Assembly (NCBI GenBank): GCA_016179765.1
Contig: JACPCL010000029.1
Location: 10,333 to 74,332, forward strand
Direction of reading: 5' to 3'
From: Chloroflexota bacterium
GTDB lineage: Bacteria > Chloroflexota > Dehalococcoidia > Lucifugimonadales > JACPCL1
DNA length: 64,000 nucleotides
Program-made: the position numbers and the translations under genes
Notes under the pieces: model-generated
Database searches by the model: none
What the model saw: the letters and a program-made list of their open reading frames with translations, nothing else
What the model was told of the DNA's origin: nothing
Part shown: in pieces, positions 24,697 through 33,015 of the stretch
How the letters are laid out: the number at the start of each line of letters is the position of its first letter
How positions within the stretch are numbered: position 1 is the first letter of the stretch

Positions 24697-24856
24697 ACTA
24701 GCGATGAACTTCAGTTATAGCCTGCTAGTCCCCTTTTCCTGATCTGGAAAGGATGGTACAACAAATCGGTCTCAATACCATACAAAGTTTTGACAAGGTA
24801 GTGTTCCTTGACCCGATGCGTTGACCTTTCCCATCGTCTCCGATAAAGTGCCCCGT

Positions 24857-26881
24857 ATGTTAGCAAGCACCCATCGTATCGTTGGCGTGGACGTGGGCGG
24901 CACCTTCACCGACTTCATGCTGGTGGATGGCGACCGCCTGCGCACCCATAAGGTACTCTCCACGCCCGACGACCCGTCCCGCGCCGTGATTCAGGGCCTG
25001 CGGGAGATGGACGTGCTGAATGATGCGCCGGTGGCCCATGGCAGCACCGTCGCCACCAACGCGCTGTTGGAGCGGCGCGGCGCTCGCACCGCCCTTGTTA
25101 CGACGGCAGGCTTTGAAGATGTGCTCCTGATTGGACGGCAGGCGCGGCCATCGCTGTACGACCTGTTGCAGGAGAAGCCGGAGCCTCTGGTCCCGCCAGA
25201 GCTGGCCTTTGGCGTGGCGGAGCGTCTGGACAAGGACGGCGGCGTCGTGCTACCCATGACGCCTCAGGAAGCGGAGGCGGTGGTCAGGCGGTTGCAGCAG
25301 ATGGGGGCGGAGGCGGTTTCGGTCAGCCTGCTGTTCTCCTTCCGCAACCCGTCTCACGAGGAGCACCTGGCGGCGCTGCTGGAGGCGCTGCCTTCCAGGC
25401 CCTTTATTTCCCTGTCCAGCAGGGTGCTGCCGGAGTTTCGGGAGTACGAGAGGGCCAGCACCGTGACGGTGAACGCCTACGTTGGTCCTCTCATGGGGCG
25501 CTACCTGGGGCGATTGGAGGCGGGCGTGGGACAGAGGAGCCTTCGGGTCATGCAGTCGTCGGGCGGGAGCATATCAGCGCGGAAGGCGGCGGAGCAGCCG
25601 GTACGGACGATCCTCAGCGGCCCCGCTGGGGGCGTGGTGGGCGCCTCCTGGGTTGCGGGCCAGGCGGGACACTCCCACATCATCACCTTTGACATGGGCG
25701 GCACCTCCACCGACGTTTCCCTGTGCCCGGGCCGCATCCAGGAGACCACCTCGGCTCTCGTAGAGGGCCTGCCCGTCAGCGTGCCCATGATAGACATCCA
25801 CACCGTTGGCGCGGGCGGCGGCTCCATAGCCCAGATGGACGCTGGCGGCGCGCTGCGCGTCGGGCCCCAGTCGGCGGGGGCGGATCCTGGGCCTGCCTGC
25901 TACGGCAAGGGTGATGCGCCCACCGTGACCGACGCCAACCTGGTGCTTGGCCGCCTGGTGGCCCACCATTTCCTGGGCGGGCGCATGGCGTTGGACCCTG
26001 GCCGCGCCCGGCGCGCCCTGGAGCCTTTGGCCCAGGCCCTGAGGACCGACGCCACCGGCGCAGCCCTGGGGATCATCCGCGTCGTCAACTCCAACATGGA
26101 GCGGGCCATCCGCGCCGTCTCCCTGGAGCGGGGGCACGACCCGCGCGGGTTCACCCTGCTGGCCTTTGGCGGCGCAGGGGCGATGCACGCCTGCGAGCTC
26201 GCCCAGGAGCTGGGCATCCCCCGTGTCCTTGCTCCGCGCTACCCGGGCATCCTCTCTGCCCTGGGCGTGGCCATCGCCGACGTGGTGAAGGACTATGCCC
26301 GCACGGTGATGCTGACCTCCGATGACCTGACTGCCCACGCACTGGACGAAGCCTTCCGTCCCCTGGAGGCCCAGGCCAGGGAGGACCTGGCGAGGGAGGG
26401 GTATCCTGAAGAGCGATGGCGGCTGGAGCGACTGCTGGATGCGCGGTACACCGGCCAGTCTTATGAGCTGACCGTGCCCTGTCCCAGTACAGCCGCCGAT
26501 GGGTTCAGCCAGGAGTTTGCCGTGGCCTTCCATGAGGCGCACCAGCAGCGCTTCGGCCACAGCGACGCGACGCAGGGTGTAGAGGTGGTGAACGTGCGCC
26601 TGAAGGCGGTTGCCCGGGGGGACAGGCCGGCCATGGCACCCCGGGAGATGGCGCGCGACACCGCCGTGGAGCCCCTCTTTAGGGCCCCAGCGTTCTTCTT
26701 CAGCGGCAGGTATGCAGACACACCCGTCTATGCCAGGGAGAGCCTGACTCCCGGGAAACGTATCCAGGGGCCGTCCGTGGTGGTGCAGATGGATGCCACG
26801 ACTGTCCTGCCGCCAGGGTGGGTGGCCGTGGTGGATGGGTGGGGGAACCTGGTGGCAGAGAGCACAGAAAGGAAAGCATGA
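24857..26881 (+). CDS. Hydantoinase/oxoprolinase A-type subunit (HyuA family)
   Basis: IVGVDVGGTFTDF..., ...SGPAGGV..., FDMGGTSTDVS. 674 aa from ATG 24857. Confidence 0.85.
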   Translation: MLASTHRIVGVDVGGTFTDFMLVDGDRLRTHKVLSTPDDPSRAVIQGLREMDVLNDAPVAHGSTVATNALLERRGARTALVTTAGFEDVLLIGRQARPSLYDLLQEKPEPLVPPELAFGVAERLDKDGGVVLPMTPQEAEAVVRRLQQMGAEAVSVSLLFSFRNPSHEEHLAALLEALPSRPFISLSSRVLPEFREYERASTVTVNAYVGPLMGRYLGRLEAGVGQRSLRVMQSSGGSISARKAAEQPVRTILSGPAGGVVGASWVAGQAGHSHIITFDMGGTSTDVSLCPGRIQETTSALVEGLPVSVPMIDIHTVGAGGGSIAQMDAGGALRVGPQSAGADPGPACYGKGDAPTVTDANLVLGRLVAHHFLGGRMALDPGRARRALEPLAQALRTDATGAALGIIRVVNSNMERAIRAVSLERGHDPRGFTLLAFGGAGAMHACELAQELGIPRVLAPRYPGILSALGVAIADVVKDYARTVMLTSDDLTAHALDEAFRPLEAQAREDLAREGYPEERWRLERLLDARYTGQSYELTVPCPSTAADGFSQEFAVAFHEAHQQRFGHSDATQGVEVVNVRLKAVARGDRPAMAPREMARDTAVEPLFRAPAFFFSGRYADTPVYARESLTPGKRIQGPSVVVQMDATTVLPPGWVAVVDGWGNLVAESTERKA

Positions 26882-28002
26882 TGAACATTGCCAGGGTCCA
26901 GAGCTGGGTATTGCGGGTACCTTTCCATTACCCCCTCTTTGAGGAGACCTCCTACGCCACGACGGTCTTGTTAGAGATAGAGACTGAGGAGGGTCTCAAG
27001 GGCCACGCCATGTCGGGCTACCCCATGGCCCACGGCATCCGGGAGCTGGTCAACCGGAACGTGGCGCCGCTGGTCAAGGGCAAGGACGCTATGGCAATTG
27101 AGGAGGTGCGGGCCGCTATCTTGTGGGGGCTGTCCGCCAAGTACTTCGCGGGGGCCTTTGCCTGCGCCGCCAGCCTGGTGGACATTGCCCTGTGGGACAT
27201 CAAGGGCAAGGCCACGGGGCAGCCGGTGTGGAAACTTCTGGGCGGGTCACGCTCACGCTGCCCGGCGTACATTACCTTTGGGCTGGGCACCTATACGCAG
27301 GAGCAACTGGTGGAGGTGGCGAGGATGCTGGTGGCCCAAGGGCAGAGCCGTCTGAAGATGGTGGTGGCTGCTGCCCCCAACGAGGAGATCTTTGGCCGCC
27401 CGTCGGACGAGCGCATCGCGGAGGACATTGCACGGGTTGCGGCGGTGAGGGGGGCTATTGGCCCCAAGGTGGAGCTAATGGTGGACGCCAACAAGAACGC
27501 CAGCCTTACCCAGGCCTTGCAGCTTGCCCGAGGCATGGAGCCTTACAACCTCACCTGGTTTGAAGACCCCCTGCTGCAGGCGGACCCCCGTCTGATGGCA
27601 CAGCTACGCCAGAAGAGTAGCATACCCCTAGCCGCAGGGAGCACCGGCACCTCGGACCTGCTGTACTTCCGGGAGTACCTGCTGCACAACTCGGTGGACT
27701 ACCTGCAACCTAACGTGCGGGACATTGGCGGGTACACCGGCGGGCTGAAGGCGGCGGCCGTGGCCCAGGCGTTCAACATTCAGATCCAGATGGGCGGTAA
27801 CTGGCCCCACATCAACATGCACCTGCACGGCGGCGCACCCAACGGCGGGCGAGTGGAGTTCCACTGGCAGGGGTGGCACGTGGTGGAGGTGCTTTTTGAC
27901 GGCGCGCCGCCTCCAACGAACGGCTGGGTCACGCTGCCAGAGGCGCTGGGCCTGGGCTTTACGCCTAAGGAGGGCATTGTGCGGGAGTATGCGGTGGAAT
28001 AG
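26878..28002 (+). CDS. Enolase-superfamily enzyme (mandelate racemase / muconate lactonizing family)
   Basis: 374 aa. ALWDIKGKATGQPVWKLLGG, MVDANKN, WFEDP are metal-ligand-region motifs. Start ATGATGA overlaps the HyuA stop. Confidence 0.8.
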   Translation: MMNIARVQSWVLRVPFHYPLFEETSYATTVLLEIETEEGLKGHAMSGYPMAHGIRELVNRNVAPLVKGKDAMAIEEVRAAILWGLSAKYFAGAFACAASLVDIALWDIKGKATGQPVWKLLGGSRSRCPAYITFGLGTYTQEQLVEVARMLVAQGQSRLKMVVAAAPNEEIFGRPSDERIAEDIARVAAVRGAIGPKVELMVDANKNASLTQALQLARGMEPYNLTWFEDPLLQADPRLMAQLRQKSSIPLAAGSTGTSDLLYFREYLLHNSVDYLQPNVRDIGGYTGGLKAAAVAQAFNIQIQMGGNWPHINMHLHGGAPNGGRVEFHWQGWHVVEVLFDGAPPPTNGWVTLPEALGLGFTPKEGIVREYAVE

Positions 28003-28057
28003 GGGCGACCTGTTGGGTCGCCCCTACGTGGTCACGAGGCTCTAGGGCTAGAGCCTC
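28000..28057. terminator. Two hairpins between convergent genes
   Basis: TAGGGGCGACC tgttg GGTCGCCCCTA (11 bp, includes the enolase-family stop) and GAGGCTCTAG gg CTAGAGCCTC (overlaps the CapA stop). Confidence 0.45.
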
Positions 28058-29385
28058 ACGGCGGCGGTCTCGCCATCAATGCGGATGTCGGTGCCGTACT
28101 TTTTGGACATGCTCTGCATGCGCTCCAGGACGGTCTTGGCGACTTCGCCAGTGGCAGGCATGGGGCGGCCACGGGTGCCGCGGCTGCGCTTGAAGCCCAA
28201 GTCCAGGGGGTAGAGGCGGATTTCACCGAGCTTTCGGTCCTTGACGGTCAGCTTGACCATGGTGGCTTCCCACTGGATCTGGTTGGCGGGCATGCCAGCG
28301 GTCTCGTTCTTGGAGCGGGCGTCGAAGAACTGGGCCGGAGTGCCTTCCCAGCCCAGGCCCTGGCGCAGATAGTTGTCGTGGGGCATGCGGAGGACGGTGT
28401 CGTTCTCCATGCAGAAGTCGCCCAGGCTGTAGAAGATGGGCTTGCCGTTGTAGATTTCAATGCCGCGGTCGCGGTGGGGGCCGTGGCCGGTGACGACGTC
28501 GGCGCCTGCGTTAATGGCGTTCTTTGCCAGGGCGACCCAGTGGTCGCCGGGGTCTTCGCCGGTGGGGCCGCCCTCGTGGTTGTGCATGGTGACGATGACC
28601 CAGTCGGCCATGCGGCGGGCGTCCTTGACGCGGTCAATGATGCCGTCCATGTCGTACTGGTCGGGGATGCGGTGGAAGCCGAAGCGCTCGCCCAGGGTGA
28701 AGCGCAACATGTTCACAGGGCTGTACATGGGCAGGCCCATGAGGTGGAAGACGGTGTCGCTGTCGCCCTTGAACTCCTGGGCCTGCTTGCGCTGCTCAAA
28801 GCCGAGCTGCTGGCTGAGGTGGTGCAGGGCGTCAAAGGTGGGGCGGTCCACGACGTACTCGGTGGTGGTGCGCAGCCAGGAGACGCCGGGGCGGCCCTGC
28901 ATGTCGCGGCGCTGCTCGCCGGCGCGGCCTTCGGCGGGGCCGGAGTCGGTGCAGGCGATGAGGGCGACGCGGCCGGCGTTGGTGTCCATGTAGGCGGGCT
29001 CGCGGGCTTCGGCGAGGTTGCGACCGCTGCCGGCGTGGGCGAGGCCGGCGGCGTTGAGGTTCTCAATGTTCTTGAGGACGCCGCCCTCGCCGTAGTCGTA
29101 GGCGTGGTTGTTGGCGCAGGCGACGATGTTGATGCCCAGCCACTGGAGCTCTTTGATGATGGCGGGGTCGGCCCGCATGTAGGTGCCCTGCTGGTGGGGG
29201 TTGGGCGACGTCTCGTAGTTGTGAAAGAGCATTTCGGCGTTGGTGAAGGTGACGTCGCCGCTGCGGAGGAGCTCCACCATCTTCAGGTAGCTTGGCTCCT
29301 TAAAGACGGACATGCGGCGGCTGATGAGGGATTCCCCCGTGAGCAACATGGTGATGTCGCCAGACTCGGAGTCGTAGAGGGGCAT
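28048..29385 (-). CDS. CapA-family (poly-gamma-glutamate synthesis-type) metallophosphatase
   Basis: 445 aa. ...DVTFTNAEM..., ACANNHAYDYGEGG, HNHEGG are typical CapA/YwtB patterns. Confidence 0.75.
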   Translation of the reverse strand: MPLYDSESGDITMLLTGESLISRRMSVFKEPSYLKMVELLRSGDVTFTNAEMLFHNYETSPNPHQQGTYMRADPAIIKELQWLGINIVACANNHAYDYGEGGVLKNIENLNAAGLAHAGSGRNLAEAREPAYMDTNAGRVALIACTDSGPAEGRAGEQRRDMQGRPGVSWLRTTTEYVVDRPTFDALHHLSQQLGFEQRKQAQEFKGDSDTVFHLMGLPMYSPVNMLRFTLGERFGFHRIPDQYDMDGIIDRVKDARRMADWVIVTMHNHEGGPTGEDPGDHWVALAKNAINAGADVVTGHGPHRDRGIEIYNGKPIFYSLGDFCMENDTVLRMPHDNYLRQGLGWEGTPAQFFDARSKNETAGMPANQIQWEATMVKLTVKDRKLGEIRLYPLDLGFKRSRGTRGRPMPATGEVAKTVLERMQSMSKKYGTDIRIDGETAAVRL

Positions 29386-29465
29386 GGTGTGCTCCTTTCA
29401 GAAGGTTGGCGACAGCATACGGCGGGAGGGGGAGGGAGTCAAGGAGGGAGGGGCGGGCAGGCGGG

Positions 29466-29996
29466 TGCGAGACCTCACCCCCTGGCCCCCTCCCTAAAGA
29501 GGAAGGGGGGCAGATGGGAGGATGAGCGAGGAGACCTCGCGTGGTGACACCGGATGGGCAGACGACCTAACCCCTGGCCCCTTCCCTAGGAGGGAAGGGG
29601 AAAAGGAGGATGGAGGACAGCGGGGGAAGGCCATGCCTGGGCGGTGCACGGGCAGACACGCTGGTCTGCCCCTACCATCGGCTCCCTCCTTTGGCAGAGG
29701 CAGGACGAGCCCTTGCCGCACGTGAAGGAGGAGGGAGACCTAACCCCTGACCCCTTTCCCAAAGGGGAAGGGGCAATTGGTGATGGGAGGGCAAGGCCTT
29801 GCGCCCCTACACGGGAATAGGCAGACACGCTGGTCTGCCCCTACGGAGACGATGGGAACGACGGAGACGAACGGGCGGCGGGAAGGCGGATGCGAGACCT
29901 CACCCCCTGGCCCCCTCCCCTAAAGAAACGTAGGGGCGCAAGGCCTTGCGCCCCTACACGGGAATGGGCAGACACCCTGGCCTGCCCCTACGGGTC
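29466..29996. repeat. Array of REP-like elements (BIME-like cluster)
   Basis: Five copies of the (G)ACCT(A/C)ACCCC(C)TG(G/A)CCCC... unit (29473, 29566, 29739, 29898 plus partial) are interleaved with GGGCAGACACGCTGGTCTGCCCCTAC and GTAGGGGCGCAAGGCCTTGCGCCCCTAC hairpins. tgcgagacctcaccccctggccccctccc is repeated at 29467 and 29891. Confidence 0.85.
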
Positions 29997-32261
29997 AGGG
30001 GCCTTTGCCTTGAGCTGTTCCTGGACGCGCTGGAGGGATTCGCGGGCGGTTTCAGCGTCGGGGGAGCCGAGGCGTTCAAGGGTCTCCAGGGCCTGGGAGA
30101 AGTGCGAGCGGGCCAGTTCCAGGTTGCCGCCGTCCTCGGCGAGCCTGCCAAGCTGGTGGAGGGAGATGGCGACGCCCCGCTGGTCGCCCAGGCGCTTTGC
30201 TATGTCCAGGCTCTGCTGGTAGAGGCCTGCGGCCTCCTCCGGGCGGCCCTGGTCCTGGGCCAGCCGTCCTAGCTGGTGGACAGTCGCGGCGATGCCCTGC
30301 TGGTCGCCCAGGCGCTTCTTGATGTCCAGGCTCTGCTGGTAGAGGTCACGGGCCTCCTCCGGGCGGCCCTGGTCCTGGGCGAGGATGCCCAAGCTGTGAA
30401 GGGATTTGGCGATGCCCTGCTGGTCGCCCAGGCGCTTTCTTGTGTCCAGGCTCTGCTGGTAGAGGTCACGGGCCTCCTCCAGGCGGCCCTGGTCCTGGGC
30501 GATAGCGCCCAGGTTGTGCAGGGTTGTGGCGATGCCCTGCTGGTCGCCCAGGCGCTTCTTGATGTCCAGGCTCTGCTGGTAGAGGTCGCGGGCCTCCTCG
30601 GTGCGGCCCTGGTGCTGGGCCAGGATGCCCAACTGGTGGAGGGTGACGGCGATGCCCTGCCGGTCGCCCAGGCGCTTCGCTATCTCCAGGCTCTGCTGGT
30701 AGAGGTCTGCGGCCTCCTCGGTGCGGCCCTGGTCCTGGTTGGCGATGCCCAGGTTCTGCATTATGGTCGCTAGGCGCTGGTCATCCCCGATTGCCTTCGC
30801 CGCCTCTACTGCCGTCTCACCCCAGGCGATACGCTCTACCCAATAGCCTCGCACAAGCAGGAAATGGTACAGGTTGGTGACCAACTCGGTGAGCAAGAGG
30901 GCAGCTGATTGCTCTTTGGGCCTGGCAAGGCACCACTCCATGGAGCCACGGATGTTGGGGAAGTCCAGGGCGACGGCGTTGAGGTCCTGCTCTGAAGGCT
31001 GGTCGTGGGCGCCGGTGAACCGGGCGTAGTATGCCGCCAGGCGGAGCTGCAAGGCGTCGGCGTTCTCCAGCTTGCCACTGGCGTACTGCTTCAGCAGGGG
31101 GTGGAGGCTGTAGCGGCCCGTGGCCTGGTCGCGGCGGAGGAGGGAGACGCCCACGAGATTCCCCATCTCCAGGCCAATGCCTTCATCAAAGAGGGACTGG
31201 ATGGCCTCGGCGGAGAAGTCGGGGCCGGCGAAGAGGCTGAGGGCGGCAAAGAGGCGCTGTTGTATCCGAGGCAGGCGGCGGTAGGAGAGGTCGAAGGCGG
31301 CGCGGACGCTGCGGTTTGGGTCTTGGAGGACGTCAAAGGGACGGCTCTGTAGCTGGCGGAGCAAGTCCGCTGCGCTCATGGGGCCAAAGTTGGGTGCGGC
31401 CAAGATAACTGCTAGTGGATTGTAGTCCAGGAAGCGGAGGACCTCTTTGATCGTAGGGAGTTCGGTGTCTGAGGGCTGGCGGCTATAGGAGGCAAAGAGC
31501 GTGAGTGCGTAGGGTTCTTCAAGGGGCTTCGGGTCAATGCGTTCCAGGCCAGGCACGGGGTTGCGGCTGGTGGCAAGGATTGGGGCAGGGACGACGTGCT
31601 GGCAGAAGGCGTCCACGGCGGCAGCGGCGGGGCCGTCGGCGTTGTTGAAGGCCAGCAGCGGCAGCGAGTCGACAAGGTTGGCCCTGGGGGCCTGGATTTT
31701 ATCATCAAGGTCGCTGATTGCGGTGACGGCCTGGGCATTGATATGACGGGCCACCTGGTCGCAGAGGGCTGGTAGAGAATCAGGGGTAGTTTCAAACCAG
31801 TAGAGGTGGTCTTTGAAGGCGCGCTGGATTTCGGGGGAGCGCAGGGCCTGGATGGCAAGCTCAGTCTTGCCAATGCCTGGCTCGCCGTGGAGAAGAACGG
31901 AGCGGCCATGCAGGACGTGCTCGATGACCTGGGTTTTTTCTGCGTCGCGGCCAACGAAGTGAGGGTTGCCATAAGGTAGGCCGCTGCCGGTAAGGGTGGC
32001 ACTGGGACTATTGTGAGGAGGATTGGGTGGTTTGGATTCAGCGGGCGCAGAGCCACCAGGTGTGTTCACATTCACGTTGATGTTTGGGTTGACGTTGATA
32101 GTAGGCGATGCGGTTGCCGTAGCCGAGGGACCACCTGCGCCCTCAGACGGCGGGTCTGTTGGTTTGCGATGAAACAACCACCAGAGCCACCGTGCAATGA
32201 GGCCTATCGCAACGATGGCACCGGGGATGGCTACGATTAGACGCCAATCAAGGTTTTGCAT
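29988..32261 (-). CDS. Membrane-anchored NB-ARC/STAND NTPase with C-terminal TPR array
   Basis: N-terminal TM helix (LIVAIPGAIVAIGLIARWLWWLF), low-complexity INVNPNINVNVN, P-loop LLHGEPGIGKTELA, LLAFNNAD, then about 7 units of a 40-aa TPR-like repeat (DLYQQSLDIKKRLGDQQGIA..LH.LG..AQDQGR.EEAR). Confidence 0.8.
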   Translation of the reverse strand: MQNLDWRLIVAIPGAIVAIGLIARWLWWLFHRKPTDPPSEGAGGPSATATASPTINVNPNINVNVNTPGGSAPAESKPPNPPHNSPSATLTGSGLPYGNPHFVGRDAEKTQVIEHVLHGRSVLLHGEPGIGKTELAIQALRSPEIQRAFKDHLYWFETTPDSLPALCDQVARHINAQAVTAISDLDDKIQAPRANLVDSLPLLAFNNADGPAAAAVDAFCQHVVPAPILATSRNPVPGLERIDPKPLEEPYALTLFASYSRQPSDTELPTIKEVLRFLDYNPLAVILAAPNFGPMSAADLLRQLQSRPFDVLQDPNRSVRAAFDLSYRRLPRIQQRLFAALSLFAGPDFSAEAIQSLFDEGIGLEMGNLVGVSLLRRDQATGRYSLHPLLKQYASGKLENADALQLRLAAYYARFTGAHDQPSEQDLNAVALDFPNIRGSMEWCLARPKEQSAALLLTELVTNLYHFLLVRGYWVERIAWGETAVEAAKAIGDDQRLATIMQNLGIANQDQGRTEEAADLYQQSLEIAKRLGDRQGIAVTLHQLGILAQHQGRTEEARDLYQQSLDIKKRLGDQQGIATTLHNLGAIAQDQGRLEEARDLYQQSLDTRKRLGDQQGIAKSLHSLGILAQDQGRPEEARDLYQQSLDIKKRLGDQQGIAATVHQLGRLAQDQGRPEEAAGLYQQSLDIAKRLGDQRGVAISLHQLGRLAEDGGNLELARSHFSQALETLERLGSPDAETARESLQRVQEQLKAKAPDP
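30121..30780 (-). repeat. In-frame 120-bp tandem repeat (about 5.5 units) encoding the TPR units
   Basis: The 120-nt period is visible directly. Units at 30301 and 30541 differ at 13/120 positions by hand count, and their first 47 nt are identical. Confidence 0.9.
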
Positions 32262-32296
32262 ATCGGCACAATCATAGCACGAATGTGGGTTAAGCT

Positions 32297-32377
32297 GGGG
32301 CGACGCATGCGTCGCCCCTACACCGGATGGGCAGACGACCTAACCCCCTCGCCCCCTTCCCGTCGCGGGAAGGGGGG
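32297..32377. repeat. REP composite (GGGGCGACGCATGCGTCGCCCC hairpin + CCTAACCCCC...GGGAAGGGGGG unit)
   Basis: acaccggatgggcagacgacctaacccc is shared with 29546-29575. Hairpin cccccttccc gtcgc gggaaggggg. Confidence 0.8.
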
Positions 32378-32480
32378 ACAAGAAATGGCGGGCAGAGACG
32401 CTGACCTGCACCTTCGCTTTCTGGGCGCGGGTGCTGTAGTATGGCTGTCGCAACAACACACGTCACGGGGAGGTGCTTTT

Positions 32481-32876
32481 ATGGCCATGACCAATGCGAT
32501 TGCGGAGCGGGTGCTAGCGGCGGCGAGGGGGAAGGCGGCGGCGATGAATGTGCGGGTGGCGATTGCGGTGGTGGACGCGCGAGGGGACCTGTGGGCGCAG
32601 GTGAGGCTGGACGGGTCGCGGTGGACGGTGTCCACGGTGTGCCAGGGGAAGGCGTTTGCCGCCGCTACCTTTGGGCGGCCCAGCGGGGAGCTGACGGCCA
32701 ATGCGGGAAGCCCGGTCATACAGTCAGTCATCATGCAGCAGGGGGGGCGGCTGATCCCGGCCCAGGGGGCGGTGCCCCTGATCCAGGATGGGCAGGTGAT
32801 TGGCGGGGTTGGGGTGAGCGGGGCGGCGTCGGCGGAGGATGAGGAGATTGCGAAGGCGGGAGCGGGGGCTCTTTGA
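32481..32876 (+). CDS. GlcG/HbpS-like (DUF336) heme-binding-family protein
   Basis: 131 aa from ATG 32481 (GGGGAGG RBS). ...IAVVDARGDL..., GGVGVSGAASAEDEEIA. The upstream part of the track ORF is REP-encoded. Confidence 0.7.
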   Translation: MAMTNAIAERVLAAARGKAAAMNVRVAIAVVDARGDLWAQVRLDGSRWTVSTVCQGKAFAAATFGRPSGELTANAGSPVIQSVIMQQGGRLIPAQGAVPLIQDGQVIGGVGVSGAASAEDEEIAKAGAGAL

Positions 32877-33015
32877 ACCCTCCGGTCCTCCGCCCCAGAG
32901 AAACATGAGCGAAATCTGGTTCGCCAAAGGCGAATCAGATTTCGCTCAGATCTCCTTGGGGTGGGGTACGCGTGCAACCGCAATACCCCGCATTCTGATG
33001 GGAGGCTTAGAAGCC

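Noticed and set aside
29466-29996. Possible CRISPR array (regularly recurring GC-rich repeats).
   Set aside because: The repeat units belong to at least two different families and have variable length and spacing. The 'spacers' are themselves repeated hairpins, the same units occur singly after many genes, and no cas genes are present.
30121-30780. 120-bp tandem repeat as a non-coding satellite or CRISPR-like array.
   Set aside because: It is entirely in frame within the 757-aa STAND protein and encodes canonical 40-aa TPR-like units. The period is a multiple of 3.
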